Source: Theionarchaea archaeon (GTDB lineage: Archaea; Methanobacteriota_B; Thermococci; Methanofastidiosales; SZ-28-30). Taken from it: 64,000 nt of DNA. Each line of letters starts with the position of its first letter. The stretch's first letter is position 1. The notes beneath the pieces were generated by a model. That model worked only from the letters and a program-made list of their open reading frames with translations. It was not told the origin of the DNA and ran no database searches. This document shows, piece by piece, positions 50,123 to 59,722 of this stretch. The DNA is taken from positions 96,001 through 160,000 of the forward strand of contig JACVGT010000011.1 in assembly GCA_018992685.1 (NCBI GenBank), read 5' to 3'. The position numbers and the translations under genes were made by a program.

Positions 50123-53118
50123 ATCTCCTTTCTCCTTGCGAGAAACCTAATGTTCAAGTCACCAGCTTTCTTAAGAAGATTCATGAGTTCCCTTGCAGTT
50201 AAGTCCTTTGCAACTTCTATCCTAACATCTTCCATGATGTCGGCATCTTCCACTTCTTTTTCAATTCTCTTCAATATCTCGCTGATCGTCCCTTCTTCTC
50301 TAAAGATGATTCTTTTCTTTGGTAGCTCTCGGGATGGACCCTTCCCCTTTGGTAATGAGAAAATACTCTTATCTTTGTCAAATACGAGCCTATTTTCATC
50401 AATTAAGGAGGCGATTGCATAATTAATGATTTTCTTTTCTGTTGGAAATATCTTGGATACTTCTTCCACAAGGGGTTCCCTTCTGAATTCACCTTCCTTT
50501 TCCACTTCAATGAATACTTTTTTCTTCACTTCTTCAGTTAATTTTTCCTCCGGAAGTTGAATTACAACAGAATCTTTTCCTCTCAAAATGTGCACTTGGG
50601 TCCCTATTTCTAAGTTGTCTCCTGCCATTAAGACAAGATCATCCGTTATGCCAGAATTCCCGTGAGTTTCTTTAAGAATTATGCTTAAATCTGTCACCTT
50701 GGTGGCAATTCTTTCATTAACGATCTTGAGAATCAGTGGCTCCAAGATTTCAGCAGCCTCTTCTACTACAACTAAGGCGCTAAGTTTTACATTCGAAGGT
50801 CTACTGATAATCCTATTCTCCTCTAAAGCAAATATTCCATCCTCTGTGTTTATTGATGAAATGTAGACTGTTTCGAGAATTTTATCATCAATGAAAGGAT
50901 AGCTCTCCGCGAATTTCCTAAAGGGTAATCTCTTCTTGTCTCTGACCATTACTGCTATATCACTTGAAGTGGGAGGTATGGCAATTTCTAGTGGTTTCTT
51001 GACAACGTCTTCATTGCCAATTGTCTGAGGCGATATAGGTTTTCTATAAAGTATTCTGCCTTGTTTCGTCTTGATAGCTACCTGGCCAATTTTCTCTGTT
51101 TCAACCAGTAATGATAATAAATCCTCATCTCTTAAGAGCATTGGTGCTCCTTCAAGCCTGTACAACCTCTCCTTTAGATCTCGTACTGATATTTCATCGT
51201 TTTCCTCTAAGATCATGTTCAAGAAGTATTCTAAGAGGTCTTTTGAGGCATAATTCCTAATAACTCGGTCAACATCTCTAAGGCTTGTTATGGTCCTTTC
51301 ATCTGGAGCGGGTTTGTCTCTTGGATTCTTCCTGAACCATCTGAATCCCCTCCACCCAGCATTATCTATCTGTCTTGTTATATGTTTCATGTATTCTTCA
51401 TGGAATTCCTTGAAGGGCTTTTCTTGCCCTTCCGTATCGGCCAATTCATCACTAGCTATTATTCGCTTAGCTAGTTTTATTGTTTCATCGCTTTTCAGGC
51501 TATAACTCGGATACAGAAGATAAAGGGTGTTTCTGTTCGTGAATTCTGGCGGATATAGATATGAAACATCTATGGGTTTTTCCAATAGTGTTAGTATTTT
51601 CAGTCTTTTATCGTTACTAATCTCAGATGGATCATGAATGAGTCTGTAACCTTTGATCTCGGATGAAGCTTTTCTTTCTACCAGTTTTTCTATGATCTGT
51701 AGAGCATCACCTGAAGACACCAACTCAGATTTTCTTTCGATTTTTACTGCAACTGGAAGCTCAGTCGTTATGACATATCTTATTGTTCCATCTTCCTCAA
51801 CTCTCTTCAATCTCGTCCATTTCTCCAAGAATGATATAGTGTCATCAATATCTTGAACCTTATACTTCGGACCGCAACCAAAGACAATGTCCTTGACGTC
51901 GGCGCCTTTTTTTGCTTCAGTGGTGCCTAGCATAGAAGTGATCAATATTGCTCTAGCAAGTTCAAATGAGATTATACCATCCTTGACTTCCTTTGTATTC
52001 TGCACAAATCCTATGTCTTCAAAATATGCATCAACAACCTTAGGATTTGCTGAATGCAAATAATCGCGTAAGATATCATCATCAAGGTCTGAGGAGATTA
52101 TCAGGTCTACTTCATCGATTTTTCTCATCACAACTTTTGCTAGCATTACAAGCATTTGCCTTACTCTAAGATGACTCAATGTTCTAAGGAACGAAGGATG
52201 GAATGGATATGCTTTTTTGAGCTCGTCCTTCAAGTATGAGTTTTCATCTAGCCCCTTCTTGCGCAATCTTTCCCCGATTGTCCTCAGATAATCTGGAATA
52301 ATAATGTCTATCTTGTTTTGATCAATGCTCTTGAACAATCTGAACCTGACAATGCCAAATATGTCATCCGATCTTTGCATGATTATCGAAGAACCACCAC
52401 GTGGGCGAGCCACAATATCCCTCAGTACTTTGACGTCAGAAGATATACCTAAGAAGGTTGTAACAAGCTTAAACTGACATCGTGAATCTTCAGAGGATTC
52501 AGAAAGACCCTGCAAGAACCCTCGAACTCTTGCTTTCTCTTGGTTGTTCTTTGCATCATACCAGTTGTCAATTTCATCAATTAGCATTAGGACGTTTTTC
52601 TCCCCTATTGCTTTCTTTATTTGATTAGATCTAGGCCAATCACCTTCTCCAAAGCCAATGTCTTTTCCCAGTGCTTGAAAAAGGGGGGACCATAGGTCTC
52701 TATAGCTAACACTCTGAAGAGGTATTGGGATAATTGCGGTTCCCCTGATTCTAGGAAAGTCTATACCCCATTCTTGAAACCATCTATCAGCATGATCTGT
52801 ATGTCTGAAGATATGATACAATGTTAGAAGAACATGAGATTTCCCTGAACCCAAATAACCATCTAAAGGAAAGACACCGGGACCGGTGCTTTCAATTTTC
52901 TCCTTTATGTCCCTCAATATCTCTCTTATGACACTGGTAGGGTATGTATGAGAAAAGAACCATTCCGGGTCACCCTCTAGTCCTCCCAGCTGAGCTGGGG
53001 CTTTTGGTCCCTCAGGAGGCCTGAAATTGTCCCATGATATTACGGGATTGATATTTCTGATAAGTTGGGATTCACTTTTGGCGTTGACTATTTCTTTACG
53101 AAGTTTGACAGCAAGCAT
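50119..53118 (-). CDS. DUF499-family large AAA+/P-loop ATPase (BrxC/PglY-related)
   Basis: FFSHTYPT, GYLGSGKSH (Walker A), LMLIDE (Walker B), IVRFRLF, YPFHP. Confidence 0.88.
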   Translation of the reverse strand: MLAVKLRKEIVNAKSESQLIRNINPVISWDNFRPPEGPKAPAQLGGLEGDPEWFFSHTYPTSVIREILRDIKEKIESTGPGVFPLDGYLGSGKSHVLLTLYHIFRHTDHADRWFQEWGIDFPRIRGTAIIPIPLQSVSYRDLWSPLFQALGKDIGFGEGDWPRSNQIKKAIGEKNVLMLIDEIDNWYDAKNNQEKARVRGFLQGLSESSEDSRCQFKLVTTFLGISSDVKVLRDIVARPRGGSSIIMQRSDDIFGIVRFRLFKSIDQNKIDIIIPDYLRTIGERLRKKGLDENSYLKDELKKAYPFHPSFLRTLSHLRVRQMLVMLAKVVMRKIDEVDLIISSDLDDDILRDYLHSANPKVVDAYFEDIGFVQNTKEVKDGIISFELARAILITSMLGTTEAKKGADVKDIVFGCGPKYKVQDIDDTISFLEKWTRLKRVEEDGTIRYVITTELPVAVKIERKSELVSSGDALQIIEKLVERKASSEIKGYRLIHDPSEISNDKRLKILTLLEKPIDVSYLYPPEFTNRNTLYLLYPSYSLKSDETIKLAKRIIASDELADTEGQEKPFKEFHEEYMKHITRQIDNAGWRGFRWFRKNPRDKPAPDERTITSLRDVDRVIRNYASKDLLEYFLNMILEENDEISVRDLKERLYRLEGAPMLLRDEDLLSLLVETEKIGQVAIKTKQGRILYRKPISPQTIGNEDVVKKPLEIAIPPTSSDIAVMVRDKKRLPFRKFAESYPFIDDKILETVYISSINTEDGIFALEENRIISRPSNVKLSALVVVEEAAEILEPLILKIVNERIATKVTDLSIILKETHGNSGITDDLVLMAGDNLEIGTQVHILRGKDSVVIQLPEEKLTEEVKKKVFIEVEKEGEFRREPLVEEVSKIFPTEKKIINYAIASLIDENRLVFDKDKSIFSLPKGKGPSRELPKKRIIFREEGTISEILKRIEKEVEDADIMEDVRIEVAKDLTARELMNLLKKAGDLNIRFLARRKEI

Positions 53119-53567
53119 TCGATTTCTCCTCCCTCACCTGTTCATATCTATCATCCTGTGTAAATGGGAAAAATGTGAAATGACTCCTGTTCTCAAAGAC
53201 CGTTTCCGTTGAGCCCATTCTTACCCATTTCAATTCGTCTGAATGAAGGATTGAAGTATTCGTCCCTCTGAGCATTTCATCACTTCGCGCATGTATGAAT
53301 ATTTAATGTTGTTTTGGTATAAAAAGCTTGTGTCTCAGTGATGTCAGATTATTCGAATTTTCTAGAAGGTTCCAGGCATTTCTTGCATTTCTCACGGCCT
53401 AGTGATAAGGTAGCTTGGATGAGATTAAAAGGAAGAGCAAAACTACCAAGATATCTGACCATAAAATCTCTTCTTAAGTCCGGCCTCTTTCTGATTCAAA
53501 CATGATTGTCACTACGTGGGAACCCATCAAGGTCCGGATTCTTGAATATCGAAATTGCATCCTGCTC

Positions 53568-53927
53568 TCAGATCCACTCCAGTTCTTCAACAGTCAGGCT
53601 GCTCTTGACGTCGCCTGTATGCTTCGTTTCCTTGGGCTCTAACAGCATCATGTGAACTTCTTCGGGGGCAACTGGCCTGTGTTCGACCCCTCTCGGGACA
53701 ACAAATATTTCTCCCTCATTCAGGGTGATGTCTGTGTCTCTCAGTTCAATTGTCAGCTGACCTCGTATGACAAGGAACAGCTCGTCTTCATTCTGGTGGC
53801 TGTGCCACACCATTTCTCCTTTCGCTTCTGCTATTTTTACATACTGTCCGTTCAGTTCTGCAATAATCTTGGGAGTCCAGAATTCATGTATGAGACTCAG
53901 CTTATCCTCCAATGTTATCTTGTCCAT
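53568..53927 (-). CDS. Cupin domain protein
   Basis: WTPKIIAELNGQYVK, WHSHQNEDELF, VPRGVEHRP; RBS ggagg. Confidence 0.9.
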   Translation of the reverse strand: MDKITLEDKLSLIHEFWTPKIIAELNGQYVKIAEAKGEMVWHSHQNEDELFLVIRGQLTIELRDTDITLNEGEIFVVPRGVEHRPVAPEEVHMMLLEPKETKHTGDVKSSLTVEELEWI

Positions 53928-54029
53928 TTTTTTTACCTCCGATAGATTCATGGTTGTCTCTTTCCACCGTGGACGGAAGGAGAGTATTTCCATAATCAGG
54001 GTTCCCATACTCTTCCAGGGAATCTCACT

Positions 54030-55052
54030 TTACGAACGAGACTTCACTCCAAGCCCTATTACCAGGATAGCACTGACTAGAATCAGACCCAGCACAACGT
54101 ACCTCTGAAATGGAGAATCTGGGACAGCTTCAGGTTCGACCGTGCCCCCTGGGCCAGAGCCAGGCTGACTCTCAAACGCTACCAGCTCGGACAGGTAAAC
54201 ACCCTCACCGATATTCATTGTAATGTGTTCACGGAATCCCCTGACGGTTTCTACAGTCTCATTCAGTAATGAAATTTTCCATATCTTATCAAAGTCACCT
54301 TCCAGAGTGAGGTAGACGTCATTATTTCCAGGATCAAACAGCATGGAACAGCGCGTTGAAGCATTCGTTCCATGACTTACAACACTTTTCAGTAGAGAAA
54401 ATCCATCTTCCAGATCGAAAGCTCCTGCATGGTCCCTTAGATATCTGCACGCAGTCTTGTATCTGTCACTGCCTGCTCCGTAGACAGTTTCATATGGCTC
54501 GCCTGCAAACTCAGCACAAGGGAAATTCGTCATAACAATAAAATCACCTTCAATTCTGGTACTGAGGTTATCCCCCTGGCCAACCTCCACAATCATGGCA
54601 TCACCATATGCATCAGCATATAGGCTGTGAAGTGACACCATCCCCGTTACCATCTCATGATCATGCAGTATACTAGCGACATCCTGACAGCTGCTTAGCA
54701 TCATTGCTGCTTCAAGCAACTCTGTCATCTCCATTTCGTCGGAATCTTCAGATATTTTTCCAGGAACCCCGGGGAACACCATCTGGACGTTACAGAACAG
54801 CCCCTGTGAGTTCATGACAGCAATAGGCACAAAAAGATCTCTTTCCCACTCAAGTTTCATACAGAAAACCTTCAGGTCTCCCATTGTTGTGACACAGAAC
54901 ATCAAGTCTTTTGAGGGATCATAATCAAAGTTCATTCCGTAGAACGTTCTGTCAGCGTATACAGCAAAACTCGTGCATGCAAGGAGAGAACTGGAGCTGA
55001 GGACAAATAATGCAGTTACAGATAACCACACGCTTGCAGCTTTCTTTTTCAT
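54030..55052 (-). CDS. Secreted Ntn-hydrolase (choloylglycine hydrolase/C45-like), C-terminal anchor
   Basis: Signal peptide, then ACTSF (N-terminal nucleophile Cys), GMNFD, MNSQGLF, MTNF, DRY. Confidence 0.8.
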   Translation of the reverse strand: MKKKAASVWLSVTALFVLSSSSLLACTSFAVYADRTFYGMNFDYDPSKDLMFCVTTMGDLKVFCMKLEWERDLFVPIAVMNSQGLFCNVQMVFPGVPGKISEDSDEMEMTELLEAAMMLSSCQDVASILHDHEMVTGMVSLHSLYADAYGDAMIVEVGQGDNLSTRIEGDFIVMTNFPCAEFAGEPYETVYGAGSDRYKTACRYLRDHAGAFDLEDGFSLLKSVVSHGTNASTRCSMLFDPGNNDVYLTLEGDFDKIWKISLLNETVETVRGFREHITMNIGEGVYLSELVAFESQPGSGPGGTVEPEAVPDSPFQRYVVLGLILVSAILVIGLGVKSRS

Positions 55053-55274
55053 CTTGACATCTCCACGTGCTGATTTTTCTCAATTGAAGAGGAGGTCCAC
55101 TCATTAATTTCAAATTGTGGTATTCAACTGCCGGATCTTTCTGCAGTTCCCGTATGAGAAGCCACTGTCAATACTGTACTTACTATAGTGAATAGTAACT
55201 CACCTTTTTAACTCTTGCGGTTGGGAACACCTCCCTCTAGGAACATTTATCAGGGTGGGAGACACAGTAGGACT

Positions 55275-56576
55275 ATGAAAAAATGGGTGGTTGTACTGTT
55301 GATGCTTTTGGTAGTTCCTGTGGATGCTGAATCTTGGCAGGAATACGAATCCAGCCACTTCATATTCAACTATCAAGAAGGTTACCTCACGAGTGATGAC
55401 GTGGCTCGCATAGCAGAAAACCAAGAAGCAATCTTTTCAACACTCGTTGACCTCCTGGATTTGAAATTTCATGGAAAAGTAGTGTACTACCTGTACGGAA
55501 ATCGTGGAGATTTCAAGTCTTTGTCTCAGGCGTACTATTCGGGGGGAGTCCACATCTTGTGTACCACATGCGAGAACCTCTGTACCAAGGGATTGAATGA
55601 AGCCCACGAAATGACCCACGCCCTGTCCGTCCAATTGAACGTCCAGCAGCAAAGACTCCTGTCAGAAGGACTGGCAGTATACTGCCAGAACTACATCAAC
55701 CAGAGATACAATCTCCACAGTATTGCCAGAACACTGCATGAAGAAACTGGGTTGTCCGTCAAAGACGTTCTGCACGGGTTTTATGAGTACATTCCCTCCA
55801 GCTATTTCATCTCGGGATCTTTTGTCACGTTCTTGCTTGAAGAATATGGAATGGCGTCATTCAAGGACTTTTATGGAAGACCTCTCACTGGTGATTCTTT
55901 TGTTCAGGTCTATGGAAAGCAAGTGGACACTCTTGAAGAGGAATGGCTGAAGGCTATTGAACAAACAGAAAGGAGCCAAGAAGAAAGAGATTTCGCTCAG
56001 CTCATGATTGCCACCACAGGAGGAGATGATACCCCCTTTTTTTTCGGGCGTGACTATCCCGAATATGCCACCCACCCTTCTAGGGCAGAAGAAATAATGT
56101 GTATCATCCATGATACAATAAAATCTGATCGAGAAAAAGCATTTTCTTACGCGAACCAATATAGAAAAGTGATGCAAGCGTGGAACCAGGGCATTGATAT
56201 CTTCAGGAAGGCTCTAGAGGAGAAGAACCTGCAGATGAAACCAGAATTGTTTGAGAAGGCTGCATTACTGTATGGGGTGGCAGGTGATGAGGACATGAAA
56301 ATACAAGCAAGAAAGTATGCTGCAGGGTATATCTCCCTGGCACAGGCCCAGACATTCTTGGAACAGAAGTGTGTGCCGGCTGCAGAAGATGAGTTAGAAA
56401 AAGCGAAGATCCTCCTCAAAGGTGCCGGAGCGGAAGAACACATCGGTCAACTTGACGAATACCTTGTTGAGTTGAAAAGGCAAAACGCGGACACACTTGA
56501 CATCTTTGTCATTCTTTTTGGAATTGTCATGGGGGGGAAAGTTCTCCAGAGGATCTATTCTCGTGTTCTGAAATAA
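55275..56576 (+). CDS. Secreted zinc metallopeptidase (MA clan) with helical C-terminus and TM anchor
   Basis: ESSHF, AHEMTHA...LSEGLAVY, SGSFVTFL...YG. Confidence 0.8.
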   Translation: MKKWVVVLLMLLVVPVDAESWQEYESSHFIFNYQEGYLTSDDVARIAENQEAIFSTLVDLLDLKFHGKVVYYLYGNRGDFKSLSQAYYSGGVHILCTTCENLCTKGLNEAHEMTHALSVQLNVQQQRLLSEGLAVYCQNYINQRYNLHSIARTLHEETGLSVKDVLHGFYEYIPSSYFISGSFVTFLLEEYGMASFKDFYGRPLTGDSFVQVYGKQVDTLEEEWLKAIEQTERSQEERDFAQLMIATTGGDDTPFFFGRDYPEYATHPSRAEEIMCIIHDTIKSDREKAFSYANQYRKVMQAWNQGIDIFRKALEEKNLQMKPELFEKAALLYGVAGDEDMKIQARKYAAGYISLAQAQTFLEQKCVPAAEDELEKAKILLKGAGAEEHIGQLDEYLVELKRQNADTLDIFVILFGIVMGGKVLQRIYSRVLK

Positions 56577-56616
56577 ATCGGAATAAAAAAGAGTGGATGT
56601 ACACGAACCTAAGAAT

Positions 56617-57615
56617 TCATGGAGATTTCTCAGCAGCCTCCACAACATCTGCGGGAAGATGAACTGCAAACTCGCACACAAGGTCTCCACTCAGAACAGA
56701 TTTCAAAACTTTAACTTCTATTGGCTGATCGAGAACGATCTCCCAGTATGCCCTGTAGTATCCTGCACTACAGTTGCAGAATATAGGAGAGACGGGTTGT
56801 GGGGATTTTACCAGAGCTTCTCTTACCCACGGGCAATGGCAATAGTAATAGCGCCTCTTCTGTTCATCCGTTTCCCTCAGGTATTCATCTGCCATACACG
56901 GGATTTTCCTCACGATAAGTACGTCTCCTTTGCGAACACCGCCTTCAATATAGGGATCATTCGCTATGAAATCAAGCACTGGAGCAGTGATTCTCTGCGT
57001 GAAATAGAAGGTTCCATCCTTGAAATGCTTCTCCAGCTCCTGGAGATACGCTGAGCGCTTGGTTTTGAGGAACTCATCAATATTCTTTGATTTGAGAAAT
57101 CTCTCTCTGTCAGGCTTCCGCCATTGCTCATAACGATCTCTCAGCCCCTGATTCAAGAATTGACAACAGCGCTCGACACCCAGGACTTTTTCAAGTCGTG
57201 GTAGAAGTTTCTTTGTGTATTCTGGTTTCTTATCAGGAGGTATTCCCAATGGAGGAAGAGATATCCCCTCAAAGACCTTGTTTCTGATATCATCACCAAA
57301 TTCCTCTATCAATCGCCTGGAAAGATTCTCCATCACCTCTCTTCCGTCAAGAACTTCCATTGCAGCGAGATAGAGGTCCGGATTTGCCACAAGTCCATAA
57401 CGAAGAATACTCAGGTAGGCCTCCAGGGTGTTCTCCCCTTGATCAACCAGATGATTGGAATACTCATAGAAATCTTTTCCTGATGCTCTGTCAACAGTGG
57501 TCCCTTTCTGTTTTAGGAAACCATCAAATTCCTTCACCAGAGCAATAGACCTTTCAATCGTTTCTTTTTCTACATTGTTTTTCTCCATGAACATTCTGAA
57601 TTTCTTCTCATCCAT
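56617..57615 (-). CDS. DUF6144-like Cys-rich protein with extra N-terminal helical domain
   Basis: YYCHCPW, FCNCSAGY....WE...QP.EV.VLKSVLSGD.VCEF. Confidence 0.7.
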   Translation of the reverse strand: MDEKKFRMFMEKNNVEKETIERSIALVKEFDGFLKQKGTTVDRASGKDFYEYSNHLVDQGENTLEAYLSILRYGLVANPDLYLAAMEVLDGREVMENLSRRLIEEFGDDIRNKVFEGISLPPLGIPPDKKPEYTKKLLPRLEKVLGVERCCQFLNQGLRDRYEQWRKPDRERFLKSKNIDEFLKTKRSAYLQELEKHFKDGTFYFTQRITAPVLDFIANDPYIEGGVRKGDVLIVRKIPCMADEYLRETDEQKRRYYYCHCPWVREALVKSPQPVSPIFCNCSAGYYRAYWEIVLDQPIEVKVLKSVLSGDLVCEFAVHLPADVVEAAEKSP

Positions 57616-57948
57616 AGGGTCACCTTCTCTTCTTCTGAAGACTTCACACTTGAACCGTCTCCACAGACTTCACCATCTTCCCATTTCCTGAGAAGATTTG
57701 TGTTCAGCCACTGGTACGGAATCACGTGCATGAACTCCGACCTCACTTTTTCTTTCTTCTATATAAATACTCATCTCTCCTTGTCAATGGCTACTCAATC
57801 CTGCAGACCAACTGTCTCTCTCCAAAGAGATTCATCATACGAGGCCGCCAATTTCAGTGATCTGTAAGCCACCATTGGGGTACTCTTCACCGCCCAGGAG
57901 AAAAAGATAAGAGCACCTGCTAATAATGGTTCAACAGGAGGAATAAGA

Positions 57949-58659
57949 ATGGGAAGAGAAGATGATATAGGCCCGGTACATATTGAATACAACGACGAAG
58001 TAGCTGTGGTAAGACTAGCCCGTGGTGTCACGAATGCGATAAATTTGGAACTTGTTCAGGAACTGCACAACAAGTTCTTTTCCATTGGGTGGGATATCCC
58101 GGAACTCTATTATTTTGACAGAAGGAATTTCACTGAGTTTTTTCGCGCATTTGCTCGATTGCAGATAGATCTGTTTACCCTGCCAATACCTACGATAGCA
58201 GCTATGACAGGACATGCAGTTGCTGGAGGGTGTATTCTGGCTCTTTGCTGCGATTACAGGTATATTGCTGAAGGGAAAAAGTTCATGGGGCTAAACGAAG
58301 TGAAGCTCGGCGTTCCTATTCCGTATCCTGTTGACTGTATCCTGCGGAGTATTGCAGGAACACGTATTGCCCGCACCATGACGGAGTTTGGTGAGTTCTA
58401 CCTACCTGAGCAGTTGCTGGAGATGGGTATCGTGGACTGTGCAGCGCCGTTGGAGGAAGTACTACCTCTTTCAGTAGAGAAGGCTCAGGTACTGGGTGCT
58501 CTGCCTCGAAACGCACGTGCTGCAATTAAGAGAGACCGTACAGAAATAGTTGAAGCACAGATTCTGCCCCACCTTGAAGAGAAAGAACGAACATTCTTGG
58601 ACTGTTGGTTTTCTCCTGAGGCTCGACACCAGCTTGAAGAACAAATGAAGAAGTTTTGA
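57949..58659 (+). CDS. Enoyl-CoA hydratase/isomerase family, apparent in-frame internal deletion
   Basis: NAIN, FFSIGWDI, GHAVAGGC.LAL.CDYR, GLNEVKLG. Confidence 0.75.
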   Translation: MGREDDIGPVHIEYNDEVAVVRLARGVTNAINLELVQELHNKFFSIGWDIPELYYFDRRNFTEFFRAFARLQIDLFTLPIPTIAAMTGHAVAGGCILALCCDYRYIAEGKKFMGLNEVKLGVPIPYPVDCILRSIAGTRIARTMTEFGEFYLPEQLLEMGIVDCAAPLEEVLPLSVEKAQVLGALPRNARAAIKRDRTEIVEAQILPHLEEKERTFLDCWFSPEARHQLEEQMKKF

Positions 58660-58746
58660 ATACGTGACGTGCTGGAGTGTCACTACAGTTGCGTATCACC
58701 AGTTTAGAAGAGAAATGTATAAGAGTAGTGCAGACCAAATACTTCT

Positions 58747-59574
58747 ATGAGAACAGTAGAACTGGGGAAAACGGGCGAGAAGATACCTGTTATAGGACAG
58801 GGCACCTGGGGTCTTGCTCGCTGGAAATCAGCAGAGTATTATCAACAATGGAAGAGGGTACTGCATCTGGGGATTTCCCTTGGGATGACGCATATTGACA
58901 CAGCTGAAGCGTATGGAATGGGGGTGGCGGAACGAATCGTTGGTGAGGTAGTCAAGGAATACCCTCGTGATGATCTTTTTATCACCAGCAAGTTGTTACC
59001 CTTTCGAGTATTCCATAACAGTATGAAGAAGGCTGCGTACAGGAGTCTTGAGAGGCTGCAGCTGGACTATTTTGATCTGTATCTGGTTCACTGGCCAAAT
59101 CCTATCATATCCATTGAAAAACACATGAAAGTCCTGGAAGAATTGGTCGAAGAGGGAAAGACACGATTCATTGGAGTGAGCAATTACTCTGTGAATCAAG
59201 TAGAGACTGCCATGAGGGCTTTGAAGAAGCATGAGCTCGCAACGAACCAGGTTAAGGCAAGCGTGGTAGCCCAGGAACACCTCAGCGATTTGCCCCTTTA
59301 TCAAAAGGAAACGGTCACATTGACAGCATACAGTCCTTTGGGTCACAAAGGGTTAACCAATATTCGAGATGATTTGCGAACAAAGCTTGTGCTCCTCGGT
59401 GAGAAGTACAACACTACCATTCAGCAGATTGCACTTTCATGGCTTGTGTCTATGGAGGGAGTCATTACCATCCCAAAGACAGTTGCTCTTGATCACGTAA
59501 GAGCCAATGCCCAGGCAGCAGAGATCGTATTGTCATCAGAGGAAATCGACATGCTATTCCAGGATGCCCGATGA
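58747..59574 (+). CDS. Aldo/keto reductase
   Basis: IGQGTW, IDTAEAYG, ITSK, DLYLVHWP, IGVSNY, AYSPL, IPK. Confidence 0.93.
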   Translation: MRTVELGKTGEKIPVIGQGTWGLARWKSAEYYQQWKRVLHLGISLGMTHIDTAEAYGMGVAERIVGEVVKEYPRDDLFITSKLLPFRVFHNSMKKAAYRSLERLQLDYFDLYLVHWPNPIISIEKHMKVLEELVEEGKTRFIGVSNYSVNQVETAMRALKKHELATNQVKASVVAQEHLSDLPLYQKETVTLTAYSPLGHKGLTNIRDDLRTKLVLLGEKYNTTIQQIALSWLVSMEGVITIPKTVALDHVRANAQAAEIVLSSEEIDMLFQDAR

Positions 59575-59722
59575 GCTGCTGAAGAGATGGAGATCTCAGA
59601 TCTAGATGCCGTGCTCCCATGACTCTGGGAGACACAAGACCGTTTTACTTTAGATTATTCAGCACTTCATTAAGAAAACCATATAAGCAAAGAATGGGGG
59701 AATTCATGTAGGGTAGATATAC

